Shown: positions 47,596-57,887, numbered from the stretch's first letter. The stretch: 64,000 bases of DNA from Thermoplasmatales archaeon (GCA_027310185.1 DAIDBH010000017.1:160996-224995), one strand, 5' to 3'. Notes: generated from the sequence alone by a model not told the origin. Numbers and translations: made by a program.

Positions 47596-48960
47596 ATGTC
47601 AAGAATAGAAAAGGATGTAATAGGTGACGTAAAGATTGAAGATGATGAATATTATGGAATAAACACGTTCCGGGCCAGGAACAACTTCCAGATTTCCGGG
47701 ATCGTTGAGGACAGAGACCACATTAAGGCAATGACTATTGTGAAGAGATCCGCCGCAATTGCCAACAACAAGCTTAAGGCTCTCCCTGACGACAAGAAGG
47801 AGTATATTGTAAAGGCAGCTGATGAAGTCCTCAAGGGAAAATATGACACGCAGTTTGTAATTGACGTTTATCAGGCCGGAGCTGGAACTTCGTTCAACAT
47901 GAATGCAAATGAAGTGATCGCAAATGTTGCACTTGAATTGTGGGGAAAGAAAAAGGGAGAATACCAGTATCTCCATCCAAATGATCATGTTAACATGAGT
48001 CAATCAACAAATGATTCCTATCCGACTATGATGAGGATCAGCGCCATAATGAAGGCGGAAAGATATGTAGAAGAAATCAGGAATCTTATAAAGTCAATGG
48101 AGAAGAAGGCTGAGCAATTTAAAAATAGCAAGAAGCCAGGAAGGACACATCTTCAGGATGCTGCACCTGTTACGCTTGGAATGGAATTTTCTGCATATGC
48201 CTACACTTTGAAGAAAAACCTGAAGGATTTCGAGAACTCAATGGATTTCATTCTTGAACTCAACATCGGCGGTACAGCAACGGGTACAGGGATAAATACA
48301 CCAAAGGGATACAAGGAGGAGATTGTTAAGGAAATTTCTAGTTTTACTGGATTTAACTTCAGGACAAGTGATAATCTGCCAGGGATAATGGAATTCCAGT
48401 CAGATTTTGCAAGGATGATGAATGCAATTGCAGTCAACGCACTCGATATAAACAAAATGGCAAATGACATAAGATTGATGTATTCTGGACCTGGAGCTGG
48501 GCTCCACGAGATATTTATTCCGGCGGTGCAGCAGGGATCCTCAATCATGCCAGGGAAGATAAACCCTTCAATAGCAGAGGCAATGAACATGATATGCCAT
48601 TCAACCATAGGAGCCCAGCAGGCACTGAACATGTCAGTCCAGGCAGGACAGCTTGAACTTAATGTGATGATGCCAAACATTGATTATGAACTATCAAGGT
48701 CCCTTGAGATCATGACGAACGGAATGAAGATGTTCAGGACATTGTTGATTGATGGTATAAACGTGAATGAAGAAGCATGCAATGAACATCTCTCAAAGAG
48801 CTTCGGATCAGCAGCACTGTTGAACCCCGTTCTCGGGTACGATACAGTGGCAAAGGTGGTGAAGGAGGCACTTGATACACACAGATCAATAAAGGAAATA
48901 GCACTTAAAACTGGAAAGATAACTGAGGAACAGTATACAAAGATAATGACAGGAAAGTGA
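47596..48960 (+). CDS. Class II fumarate hydratase / aspartate ammonia-lyase superfamily enzyme
   Basis: GAGTSFNMNANEV, HPNDHVNMSQSTND, GRTHLQDA, GSSIMPGKINP; FumC and AspA cannot be told apart from these motifs. Confidence 0.9.
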   Translation: MSRIEKDVIGDVKIEDDEYYGINTFRARNNFQISGIVEDRDHIKAMTIVKRSAAIANNKLKALPDDKKEYIVKAADEVLKGKYDTQFVIDVYQAGAGTSFNMNANEVIANVALELWGKKKGEYQYLHPNDHVNMSQSTNDSYPTMMRISAIMKAERYVEEIRNLIKSMEKKAEQFKNSKKPGRTHLQDAAPVTLGMEFSAYAYTLKKNLKDFENSMDFILELNIGGTATGTGINTPKGYKEEIVKEISSFTGFNFRTSDNLPGIMEFQSDFARMMNAIAVNALDINKMANDIRLMYSGPGAGLHEIFIPAVQQGSSIMPGKINPSIAEAMNMICHSTIGAQQALNMSVQAGQLELNVMMPNIDYELSRSLEIMTNGMKMFRTLLIDGINVNEEACNEHLSKSFGSAALLNPVLGYDTVAKVVKEALDTHRSIKEIALKTGKITEEQYTKIMTGK

Positions 48961-49013
48961 TTCGAAAGCACAAAAATGGCAATCCATCACTTCATGTAAA
49001 TAATGAAGTTACC

Positions 49014-49622
49014 CTATTTATTCAATTTCAGGATGTAATTCATATATACGTGGTTTTTAGGTTGATAAGTTTTCATTTCCATAATTTCAAAGTGGGTCCC
49101 ATCCAGTAAAGCCCCTATCTTATTTTCGGTGAACATTTCAAAATATCTGATGTAATTTGAATCACCCAGCTTTCTTTCTTCATTTCTTTCTCCCCTGATC
49201 ACACCGAGTAGCATTATTGTGCCATTCTTCATGTTTTCAGATAGCTTCATGAGAAGTTTTCTTGATTCCTCAAAGGAAATATGTATCAGGGACGAGTATG
49301 CCCAAACTCCTTCGTAGTCTGAAAGATCTATGTTAAGGTCCCTTATGTCTGAGATGATAGTGGTGAATCCTTTCTTCCTTGTCTGTTCTGCCATCTTTTC
49401 GGATGCATCCACACATAGTACCTCCAGCCCTGCATCTCTTAGAATTATGGCGTCCCTGCCTGGGCCACTTCCCAGGTCAATAACCCTGTTCCCGTTTAAA
49501 TTCCTTGTAAAATCTTGAACTATATCCTCAGGAAAACCATCCCAGAAATCTGAGGTTTCTGCATCGTATACATCACTATATACATCGTATGCTTTGATAG
49601 TCCTGTCATCTTTCATCTTCAT
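49014..49622 (-). CDS. Class I SAM-dependent methyltransferase
   Basis: VIDLGSGPGRD, VDASEKM, GVWAYSSLIH. Confidence 0.88.
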   Translation of the reverse strand: MKMKDDRTIKAYDVYSDVYDAETSDFWDGFPEDIVQDFTRNLNGNRVIDLGSGPGRDAIILRDAGLEVLCVDASEKMAEQTRKKGFTTIISDIRDLNIDLSDYEGVWAYSSLIHISFEESRKLLMKLSENMKNGTIMLLGVIRGERNEERKLGDSNYIRYFEMFTENKIGALLDGTHFEIMEMKTYQPKNHVYMNYILKLNK

Positions 49623-49749
49623 GATATTTGATCCTTCATAGAAATTAGAGATATATATTTTAAAATGACCTTATTTTTCTGCCTCCATCGTATATTATAA
49701 TTTCGTGACCTGCGATAATATTAAATCTATTAGTCTCATCCCATAAAAT

Positions 49750-50883
49750 ATGAAAGCAGTAAAGGCAAATTTGCTCTATGACGGAAAGGCATCGCAGAAA
49801 GATGTGTATATCGAATTTGATGGAAACACAATAAAAAATGTTTCACAGAAGAAACCCGAGTGTGATATTGTAGCAGAGGGCATTGTTACGCCAGCATTCA
49901 TAGATCCACACAGCCATATAGGCCTTGACAGGGCAGGAGAACCAGGATCAGAAAGTGAAGCCAATGACAAGCTTGACTCGATGATTCCACTGGGGAGAGC
50001 TGTGGATGGAGTGTACATGGATGATCATGCATTCAGGGAATCCGTAGAAAGTGGTGTTTTGTACTCTGTTGTTCTTCCTGGAAGCGGAAACATAATTGGT
50101 GGAATGGGGTCGCTCCTAAGAAATTTCTCTTCAAATATAAAGGATGCTTTTGTAAATGACATTGGCGTAAAGATGGCGCTTGGATATAATCCAAGGAGCA
50201 CCACTGAATGGAAGGGAAAAAGACCAACTACAAGAATGGGTGTTGGAGCGATAATCAGGGAAAAATTTACAATGGCTCAAAAAACATCAAACCTCCTGGA
50301 TCAGGGAAAGAAGACAATTGATGAAATTGATGTAGAGACAGAATTCCTTATCAAGCTCATAAAGGGTGAATACAGGATAATGTGCCACCTTCACAAGGAA
50401 GATGATGCCCTCTTCCTGATGTCGCTTGTTGACAAATTCGGCATCAAGCCAATAATCAATCATGGAATGGATTTTCACAGCAAGGACATATTTGAGGAGA
50501 TAAAGAGGAGAGACCTCTCTCTGGTTTACGGTCCGCTTGATTCACACCCATACAAGGTAGAGCTGAAACATGAATCATGGAGGAATGTTGGACTCGTCCA
50601 GAATTCTGGTGTGAGATTTTCCCTCATTTCCGATCATCCCGTTATACTCCAGAGAACGCTCTTCCTGACCACAAGACATTTCATGAGATTTGGGGCAACG
50701 AAAGAGCAGTGTGTTTCCTATGTTTCATCACGCCCTGCAGAAATCCTTGGCCTGAATGACCTTGGAACTGTTGAAAAGGGAAAGCTTGCCTCATTTTCGG
50801 TGTGGAACAAGGATCCTTTTGAACTGGATGCCTACCCGAAATCTGTATTCGGTGAGGGCAAACTGGTTCATGAAGAGAACTGA
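49750..50883 (+). CDS. Amidohydrolase superfamily protein
   Basis: TPAFIDPHSHIG, HLHKEDD, INHG, SDHPV, GTVEKGKLA. Confidence 0.88.
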   Translation: MKAVKANLLYDGKASQKDVYIEFDGNTIKNVSQKKPECDIVAEGIVTPAFIDPHSHIGLDRAGEPGSESEANDKLDSMIPLGRAVDGVYMDDHAFRESVESGVLYSVVLPGSGNIIGGMGSLLRNFSSNIKDAFVNDIGVKMALGYNPRSTTEWKGKRPTTRMGVGAIIREKFTMAQKTSNLLDQGKKTIDEIDVETEFLIKLIKGEYRIMCHLHKEDDALFLMSLVDKFGIKPIINHGMDFHSKDIFEEIKRRDLSLVYGPLDSHPYKVELKHESWRNVGLVQNSGVRFSLISDHPVILQRTLFLTTRHFMRFGATKEQCVSYVSSRPAEILGLNDLGTVEKGKLASFSVWNKDPFELDAYPKSVFGEGKLVHEEN

Positions 50884-50961
50884 AATTGTGGTCGTTCATA
50901 ATTCCACAAAACTTATTTTTAAATGAAAACTTTTAACTGTAGTTAAAATTCCCATAGGTAG

Positions 50962-52179
50962 ATGTCAAGGAAGATTTATGTTGAATCATATGGCTGCACT
51001 CAGGAAAAATCTGAGACGGGGCTTTATGTCAACAGGATAATGGAAGATGGAGATAGAATAACACAGGACCCTGAGGATGCGGATCTGAGGGTGATTGGAA
51101 CATGTGTTGTTATCAAGAAATCAGAAAATAAGATGCTGGAAAGAATCGGTTATCTTTCAGAGCTTGGGCAGACTACAGTTATTGGGTGTTTACCTCCCAT
51201 ATCATCTGGAACACTTGTGGAAAAAAACGTGAATGTGATCAGTCAAAGTGAGTTCAGGGAACTGTATAAAGGTGGGATGGATGATATAGAAATAAAGGAG
51301 CCTTCCATTCTTGACGGAGTGCCGATCAACCAGGGTTGCACCGGTAACTGCAATTTCTGTATTTCAAGGGTGGCAAGAGGGAAACTACTTTCCAGAGCCC
51401 CTGAAAAAATATGCAGCCAGATAGGAATGATACTTGAAAGAGGTAAGAAGGAGATAAGAATAAGTTCTCTAGATACTGCAGCATATGGAAAGGATATTGG
51501 CGTCAGGCTTCCGGATCTTGTTAAGAAAATTACATCCATAGATGACTTTTTCAGGTTGAGAATAGGGATGATGGAACCCAAAAATACTGAGGAAATACTT
51601 GATGAACTGATCAGCTCATACAGAAATGAGAAGGTGTTCAAGTTCCTTCACTTACCTGTACAGGATGGGGATGATCGCATACTTGAACTCATGAACAGGG
51701 AATATTCAGTAAGATCATATTTTGATATAAATGAAAAATTCAGGCACGCTTTCAAAGACAGTGTTTTTTCCACTGACATAATTGTTGGCTACCCTGGCAG
51801 CGATGAAGAGTCTTTTCAAAAAACATGCGAATTGCTTTACAGGAGCAGGCCGGATATAGTTAATATCACAACCTTTTCTCCCAGACAGTACACGAGGGAT
51901 TTTAACAAGAAGATGCCACAATCAAACCTCATAAAGAAGTGGAGTGGAGAATATACGGGGATTCATAAGGAAATTTTGAGTGACAATCAATCGAAATTTA
52001 TTGGACAGGAAAGGAGGATATTTGTCACCGAGGTTGGAAAGACTGGAACTGTTATTGGAAGGGATGAGTCATACAGGCCTGTTGTCGTGAAGAACGAGAT
52101 TCCTCTTTATTCCATGATAGATGTAGAAATTGTTGAAACCGGACCAACTTATTTAATAGGAAAACAACTCAGGGCATAG
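50962..52179 (+). CDS. tRNA t6A methylthiotransferase (archaeal e-MtaB/CDKAL1-like radical SAM with TRAM domain)
   Basis: YVESYGC, GTCVV, IGCLP, CTGNCNFC, HLPVQDG, TDIIVGYP, C-terminal TRAM. Confidence 0.85.
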   Translation: MSRKIYVESYGCTQEKSETGLYVNRIMEDGDRITQDPEDADLRVIGTCVVIKKSENKMLERIGYLSELGQTTVIGCLPPISSGTLVEKNVNVISQSEFRELYKGGMDDIEIKEPSILDGVPINQGCTGNCNFCISRVARGKLLSRAPEKICSQIGMILERGKKEIRISSLDTAAYGKDIGVRLPDLVKKITSIDDFFRLRIGMMEPKNTEEILDELISSYRNEKVFKFLHLPVQDGDDRILELMNREYSVRSYFDINEKFRHAFKDSVFSTDIIVGYPGSDEESFQKTCELLYRSRPDIVNITTFSPRQYTRDFNKKMPQSNLIKKWSGEYTGIHKEILSDNQSKFIGQERRIFVTEVGKTGTVIGRDESYRPVVVKNEIPLYSMIDVEIVETGPTYLIGKQLRA

Positions 52180-53179
52180 TATCAACATTTACTATCTCAT
52201 CCATGATATATTTCCCGTTTCCCTTCTTCTTGAATATCATGTTGAATTCCTGTACTGTCAGTATGGGGCTCTTGTACCTGTCAAAATCATCGGTTGCCAC
52301 CCTTGGACATCCTGTGAAGATTATGCAGTCTGCCATCATGTTTTCGAATTCCACTGGTGATGATTCATTGGAATATGCAAGCACGGCACTTTTCCCCATA
52401 TCCTGAACCTCTTTCATCATTTTTTCTGCGAGTTTCATCCTGTACTGGCCTACCTTTGTGTCAACCACTATCACAAACTTTTCTGCCTCGAGTGCCCTGG
52501 CCATGTTAGCATATCTTCTTCTTATATGCCTGTCAGCCTCATCTTTCATTGATCTGAGCTTGAATGGTTCACTCATGTCCAGTATGAATACCTCTTTTTC
52601 GACAGATAGTTGAGCTCCAAGGGCATGAAATACCCCTGTAGATACAATAATATGGCAATCAACCCTGCTTTCCTGATCATGTAATGGGCTAAAATTACAA
52701 CCAAGCAACTGCCCATCATATTTCAGCCTGCTGTCATGCTTTCCCATGCTAACATTAAATCCCTTTTCCTTAAGGAATTTAGAAAATTCCTCTGCACTCT
52801 GCCTGTACTGTATGGAATATGCCAGATCAATGTTTTTATAGTTCTTGTTTTCTAATTCTACCAGGTCGAGGTCGTTAAAGCTTCTGTGATCCTCGTTTAC
52901 ATATTCCTCAAAAATTACCGGGACCTTATAATTTACATTTGGTATTTCCGTGTGTCCCAGTTGAACTACTGCGTCCACATTCTTCCATTCATCCATTGTT
53001 CCGGTGTCACAGGCTCCATAAAAACCAGATGAGCTCACCACCACGTTAAAATTCTTTGAAAGTTCGTTGAAATATTCGAACACATGGGGTTTCAGTCCAT
53101 CCGGTAACTGCAATAATATCCTCCTGGCATTTATTTCCTTTAGTTTGTCTATGACCCTTCCTGGGTCCATGTACGTCAA
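52169..53179 (-). CDS. dph2: Diphthamide biosynthesis protein Dph2
   Basis: LQLPDGLK, YGACD, QLLGCNFS, FTGCPRV (three Fe-S Cys). Confidence 0.92.
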   Translation of the reverse strand: MTYMDPGRVIDKLKEINARRILLQLPDGLKPHVFEYFNELSKNFNVVVSSSGFYGACDTGTMDEWKNVDAVVQLGHTEIPNVNYKVPVIFEEYVNEDHRSFNDLDLVELENKNYKNIDLAYSIQYRQSAEEFSKFLKEKGFNVSMGKHDSRLKYDGQLLGCNFSPLHDQESRVDCHIIVSTGVFHALGAQLSVEKEVFILDMSEPFKLRSMKDEADRHIRRRYANMARALEAEKFVIVVDTKVGQYRMKLAEKMMKEVQDMGKSAVLAYSNESSPVEFENMMADCIIFTGCPRVATDDFDRYKSPILTVQEFNMIFKKKGNGKYIMDEIVNVDTMP

Positions 53180-53194
53180 TGGAATGATATTTGA

Positions 53195-54445
53195 TCAGGG
53201 TTTAATGCTTTTTCTCATAAATTTTTTCATGTCCATAATCCTGCCTCCCTGAATGATCGTAATCTGTGTGTTTGCCCAGTCATAAAATATGTCCCTGATA
53301 TCCCTTGCGGAAATAATCAGCAGATCTGCGTCTGCTCCATGATGTAAATTTCCCTTGACGCCATCCAGTCCCAGGGAATGGGCCGGTATGGTTGTGAGTC
53401 CATTGAACAATTCCTCAGCACTCATATGGCAGTTACGTATGGCAAGATTTCCATGAAACTTGATGTCGGTGACTGGATTGAGAGGTGATATGTCAGAAGC
53501 GACCGCAACAGGTATGTGCCTGTTAGTCCACTCCCTGCTGTCAACATATTTCTCACCCAGTGAGAATGCTGTTCCCGGTAGAATTGTCGCCACAAGGTCT
53601 TTGCCTTTTACCCTTTCCATATTTTCACTGGATGTGTGAAGAAGGTGATCTGCAGATTTTACAGGAAACTCATCAGTGAGCTCCAGTGCACCCACATCAC
53701 TGATTTCATCGGCGTGAATCCTGAGACCAATACCAAGCTCAGCTGCCTTCCTGAAGAAGATAGAGGTTTCTTCCTTTGTGAATGCCCCTTCATCACAGAA
53801 TGAGTCCACGAAATCTGCTCTTTTATAAAGTTCTGGAAGTATGATTTCAGTGCTTTCCCTGACGTATTCATCCTTTTTTCTATCTGGCGGCATCGCATGC
53901 AATGGTAATAGTGTCTTCACTATGTGAACTGGTAAATTTGATGCCATTATATCCATGGCATCCAGCAATTTTCTCTCATTTTCAAGATCCAGGCCGTAAC
54001 CTGTTTTCACTTCTATGGTTGTTACCCCATTTTCAATGTGGTTCAGTAACCTTTTAGTAGATTGCATAACGATCTGTTCTGTTGAGCAGGCTCTTGTATC
54101 CCTTACTGTTTTCAGAATCCCATTCCCACTTTTCAGGAGGTCTATATATTTTGTCCCCATTGCCCTCAGCACAAATTCCTCGCTCCTCTCCCCACAGTAT
54201 GCGAGATGTGTATGACTGTCGACAAAGCCTGGTGTAACAATCATTCCAGTGGCATCTATAATTTCATACCCTTCATTTCTGCCTGATATACTCCCCGTGG
54301 AAACTATGGAATCTATGTGTTTTCCATTCAGCATTATGGAACTGTCCTGAAATATGGTTACGTTTTCCTGATTCCCATTTCTAACTGACCCAATTGGTTC
54401 TGGAACATAGATCTTATCAGGATTGAATATGACCTTATTCTTCAT
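53195..54445 (-). CDS. hutI: Imidazolonepropionase
   Basis: PGFVDSHTHL, GILKTVRDTR, EVKTGYGL, DSFCDEGAF, HADE, SADHL. Confidence 0.9.
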   Translation of the reverse strand: MKNKVIFNPDKIYVPEPIGSVRNGNQENVTIFQDSSIMLNGKHIDSIVSTGSISGRNEGYEIIDATGMIVTPGFVDSHTHLAYCGERSEEFVLRAMGTKYIDLLKSGNGILKTVRDTRACSTEQIVMQSTKRLLNHIENGVTTIEVKTGYGLDLENERKLLDAMDIMASNLPVHIVKTLLPLHAMPPDRKKDEYVRESTEIILPELYKRADFVDSFCDEGAFTKEETSIFFRKAAELGIGLRIHADEISDVGALELTDEFPVKSADHLLHTSSENMERVKGKDLVATILPGTAFSLGEKYVDSREWTNRHIPVAVASDISPLNPVTDIKFHGNLAIRNCHMSAEELFNGLTTIPAHSLGLDGVKGNLHHGADADLLIISARDIRDIFYDWANTQITIIQGGRIMDMKKFMRKSIKP

Positions 54446-54451
54446 AATTAC

Positions 54452-55153
54452 TCATATCACCACCGATAATGAAACAGATAGAACAGTCAGCATAAAAGCT
54501 ATGGTTATGAATACCATGAACGGTATGTTATAAGATACATATTCATTGCCCTTAATTGTGATTCTCCTGAACTCTATATCGCTTAGGTTTATCGTGTCGT
54601 TCACCCCTGCGCGGTAAGAAAATTTTCCAGTTTTCATATATGTGTAATAGAGTGAAAAAACCAGCGCAACAACAGAGCTTAATCCGAGATTCAAAAAGAA
54701 TATAATTGAAAAAGGTAGCCTTATTAATGAGTACGAAACCGTAAGATAAAAATTAGCAGTCGAAAATATTATGAGAACCAGGCCCTTTATGTCCCCAACT
54801 CCAAAAAGAACCTCCCCTATTACCATGTTTGCAAATATAATTTCTATAATCCATGGAATTATGAGATCAGGTTCCCAAAGTATGATCATGGCAGAGCCTG
54901 CTATTGATATGATTATAGATAGTGTGATGAACAAACGGGTTTTCTTGGCAAAAAACAGCAGGGCAAACATCATAGTGCTCAAAACAGAGAACAGTTCTAT
55001 TTTGAAAAATATGACATTGATTATGATGCTTATTAAAAATGCTGGCACAAATATTAGATACCAAATCCTCCTTTTCTTCAGGTCATAATAGGAAGAAATG
55101 ACCAGTGAGAGAATAAGAATGAAATATAGTAGACTGCTTAAAATTTCATTCAT
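54452..55153 (-). CDS. A24 prepilin/preflagellin peptidase-like protein
   Basis: SSYYDLKKRRI and FGVGDIKGL aspartate motifs, IPFMVFI C-terminus; start taken at ATG 55153. Confidence 0.75.
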   Translation of the reverse strand: MNEILSSLLYFILILSLVISSYYDLKKRRIWYLIFVPAFLISIIINVIFFKIELFSVLSTMMFALLFFAKKTRLFITLSIIISIAGSAMIILWEPDLIIPWIIEIIFANMVIGEVLFGVGDIKGLVLIIFSTANFYLTVSYSLIRLPFSIIFFLNLGLSSVVALVFSLYYTYMKTGKFSYRAGVNDTINLSDIEFRRITIKGNEYVSYNIPFMVFITIAFMLTVLSVSLSVVI

Positions 55154-56006
55154 TTTTCTTCTTTGTATAGAAGAGGGAGACTGCACTCATATCATCTTGG
55201 CCGTGTTCACCCATTTCAATTGAGTATATGCTTTTGGATATTGCACCCAGGAACGATGGTATTCCAAGCTTGCTCTGCTCTTCCAGTGCATAATTAAGGT
55301 CCTTATATTGATGAGCAAGTAAGAATTGTGGAGAAAAATCCTGCTCCTGCATCTTTCTTGCCTTCAAATCAAGTATTTTTGATGCTGCTCCACCTGCCTG
55401 TACCGCCTCCGTGAAGACATCATCATTTATCCCTAGTTCTCTTGCAAGACACATTCCTTCGGAGACAGCAATCATATTTATTCCCATTATAAGGTTATTC
55501 ACCAGTTTCATGGCTATTCCCTTTCCAGAATCTCCTGCATATATCTGTTTTGATGTGAATGTTTTCAGCATTGGGACAACTCTGAGAAACGAATCCCTTG
55601 AACCACCACAGGAAGCGGCCAGAGTTCCAGTTTCTGCAGCTGGAACACTTCCGATTACAGGGCAGTCAAGGTACTCAAACCCGGAATCCGTGCATAACTT
55701 GTGATTATTAAGACTTTGCTCCATGGATATTGTTGACATATCAACTATCAATTTGTTCTTTCCGTTGTGAGTTTCCACTATTTCGCTTAGTACTGAAGCA
55801 GATGCTGCAGAGTCTGTTACTATCATGAAAATGATGTCAGAACTGCTAACAACGTCTGAAATTGTTTTCGCCGCTATTTTCCTGATTTCCTGTGGAATCT
55901 TCGATTCTGTCCTGTTGTACACCGACACAAGTGAGAATTTCTCTCCTATCCTCCTTGAAATTGGAATGCCCATTCTTCCCATTCCAATAAATCCTATCTT
56001 TTCCAT
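55146..56006 (-). CDS. 3-hydroxyisobutyrate/6-phosphogluconate dehydrogenase family oxidoreductase
   Basis: GFIGMGRMG, YNRT, DMSTI, LDCPVIGS, MKLVNN. Confidence 0.9.
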   Translation of the reverse strand: MEKIGFIGMGRMGIPISRRIGEKFSLVSVYNRTESKIPQEIRKIAAKTISDVVSSSDIIFMIVTDSAASASVLSEIVETHNGKNKLIVDMSTISMEQSLNNHKLCTDSGFEYLDCPVIGSVPAAETGTLAASCGGSRDSFLRVVPMLKTFTSKQIYAGDSGKGIAMKLVNNLIMGINMIAVSEGMCLARELGINDDVFTEAVQAGGAASKILDLKARKMQEQDFSPQFLLAHQYKDLNYALEEQSKLGIPSFLGAISKSIYSIEMGEHGQDDMSAVSLFYTKKKNE

Positions 56007-56010
56007 TTAA

Positions 56011-56784
56011 CTACACCTCAAATATAGACGACCCGTAAAGTTGTCTTGCACATTCTATTCCCTTATACTTAATATTTCTATTGTCCAGGAAATCTCTTAT
56101 GGTTAGATATGCAATTTCCTGTGTATTATTTTCATCAGAAAGGTGAAGCAGGATAATCTGTGACTTCTGTTCACTCAGTTCTCCAAGTGCCAGTGCACAC
56201 TGATCGTTGGAAAGGTGTCCGTAGTTGCTCATGATTCTCTTCTTCAAGCTTTCTGGATATGGACCTGTTTTCAGCATGTTTGTGTCGTGGTTGGCCTCTA
56301 TTGCAAGTATATCAGAACCTCTTATGAGGTCAATATTCTCCATTGGAAAGTATCCAAGGTCAGAGAAAAGCGAGATTTTTCTCCCTCTGTTTTCTATGAC
56401 ATATCCAACCGGGTCCACTGCATCATGAGATACGGAGACACTCCTTATGAAAAAATTACCTATGGTGAGTTCATCCCGTATAGTAAAAGCGCTATCGAAA
56501 CCCATCTTTAGTTTTGCCTTCTCACGGAGATATATATCTGCCTTCATTTTTCTTGAAGCCGCTCCAAGACCGGAACTGTGATCACTGTGTTCATGTGTAA
56601 TCAAGACTGATAAGGGAACTTCCCCAATATTTAATTCTTCAAACCTCTGTCTGAATCTCTTTACAGAAATGCCGAAATCCACTACCAGTGCATCGCATTC
56701 GTCCCAGATAATTGTTGAATTTCCCTTGCTTCCACTTGATACAACATTCATGAACAGGTTTGACAATATTTCAGAATACTCCAC
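56011..56784 (-). CDS. Metallo-beta-lactamase-fold hydrolase, YycJ/WalJ-like
   Basis: SSGSKGNS, THEHSDHS, SHDAVDPVG, SDLG, EANHD, GHLSN, HLSDENN. Confidence 0.88.
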   Translation of the reverse strand: MEYSEILSNLFMNVVSSGSKGNSTIIWDECDALVVDFGISVKRFRQRFEELNIGEVPLSVLITHEHSDHSSGLGAASRKMKADIYLREKAKLKMGFDSAFTIRDELTIGNFFIRSVSVSHDAVDPVGYVIENRGRKISLFSDLGYFPMENIDLIRGSDILAIEANHDTNMLKTGPYPESLKKRIMSNYGHLSNDQCALALGELSEQKSQIILLHLSDENNTQEIAYLTIRDFLDNRNIKYKGIECARQLYGSSIFEV

Positions 56785-56921
56785 TCACACTTAAATTTTA
56801 AGTGATATTCAACCTTTCAACGAGAATTGCTAACAAGTTCAAATTGTTTCTTAATAATTTTCATGAACAAACGAAAAAAGAATAAATCTGTTTGAACATC
56901 TAATCACGTGAATTAATGCGT

Positions 56922-57497
56922 CTATTGACGATTAAACTTGAGATTATCTCTTATCGCATCAAGAACTTTCTTCGGCTCCGGCATTGAACCTTTCTTCTTT
57001 GTTCCATTGCTTGAAGTTATTTCCTCTTTGTCAGGTTCAACAATTACGTGCCCAATGCTCTTGAGTTTTTCAATATTGCCCTGCACGATCCTGTTGCCTC
57101 TCATCTTTTCATTCATGTTTGGAACGAAAATCATTGGCCTTTCATAGGCAATAAATGCTGTCGATAGAAGATCGTCACCTATCCCGCTAACTGCTTTTGC
57201 CATAGAGTTTGCACTCGCCGGTGCAACTATGAAGACATCAGCAATTTCTGTCAATTCAACGTGTGGTATCCTGATATTCCCCTCCTGATGGAACATGTCA
57301 GTGAATACGTGATTTTTAGTTTTTAATTCTACAGAATATGAAGATATGAATTTTTTTGACGCCTCTGTCATAATGGTCATAATCTGACAGTTCAGATTAC
57401 TCATCACATAGGTCATGTAATCAGAAATGTTCATGGAGCCAAGTGACCCTGTAATTCCCCACAATATGGTAACTTTCCTGTCCTCTTCTTTTGCCAT
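56922..57497 (-). CDS. HFCD-family flavoprotein, LanD (EpiD/MrsD)-like cysteine decarboxylase
   Basis: GITGSLGS, PHVE, APASANSMAK, PNMNEKM; the clamp segment EITSSNGTKK has no Cys; stand-alone 191 aa with no CoaB domain. Confidence 0.75.
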   Translation of the reverse strand: MAKEEDRKVTILWGITGSLGSMNISDYMTYVMSNLNCQIMTIMTEASKKFISSYSVELKTKNHVFTDMFHQEGNIRIPHVELTEIADVFIVAPASANSMAKAVSGIGDDLLSTAFIAYERPMIFVPNMNEKMRGNRIVQGNIEKLKSIGHVIVEPDKEEITSSNGTKKKGSMPEPKKVLDAIRDNLKFNRQ

Positions 57498-57537
57498 ATT
57501 TAAGTATTGTTAAGTGATATTAAACTTCTTTAATACT

Positions 57538-57831
57538 TTAGATAAAGATATAAGATAAAGCAGTTAATCCTGCCAAGGATACTATTGTCTTATTCACAGA
57601 AAAAATTAATGTTGCTGGTGTTTCTCCCATATGGGAAAAGAAACTACCATTTGTCTGTATTTTGAAATTTCTTGATATTTTTTCCGGGCTTTCTCCATTT
57701 TCTTCCACGAAAATTTTGAATGCTGGTACATCTAGACTTGACTCTTTTTTGTGAAATAGATATGGCATATTCTCACCCTTCCATATCCATGAAACGTTAA
57801 TTTTACTACATTCATATATTATATTTGTCAT
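57538..57831 (-). CDS. Small hypothetical ORF
   Basis: 97-codon AT-rich ORF on the same strand as, and just upstream of, the flavoprotein; coding status uncertain. Confidence 0.3.
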   Translation of the reverse strand: MTNIIYECSKINVSWIWKGENMPYLFHKKESSLDVPAFKIFVEENGESPEKISRNFKIQTNGSFFSHMGETPATLIFSVNKTIVSLAGLTALSYIFI

Positions 57832-57887
57832 GCTGTATACCTATTGATTAACTTAATTTACCACTTTCTTATTTCCATGGGAAAACA

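Noticed and set aside
53195-54445. Histidine utilisation operon
   Set aside because: Only hutI is present; hutH, hutU and hutG are not in the window.
54452-55153. Pilus or archaellum locus around the A24 peptidase
   Set aside because: No pilin, ATPase or TadC/ArlJ genes are adjacent; the neighbours are metabolic genes.
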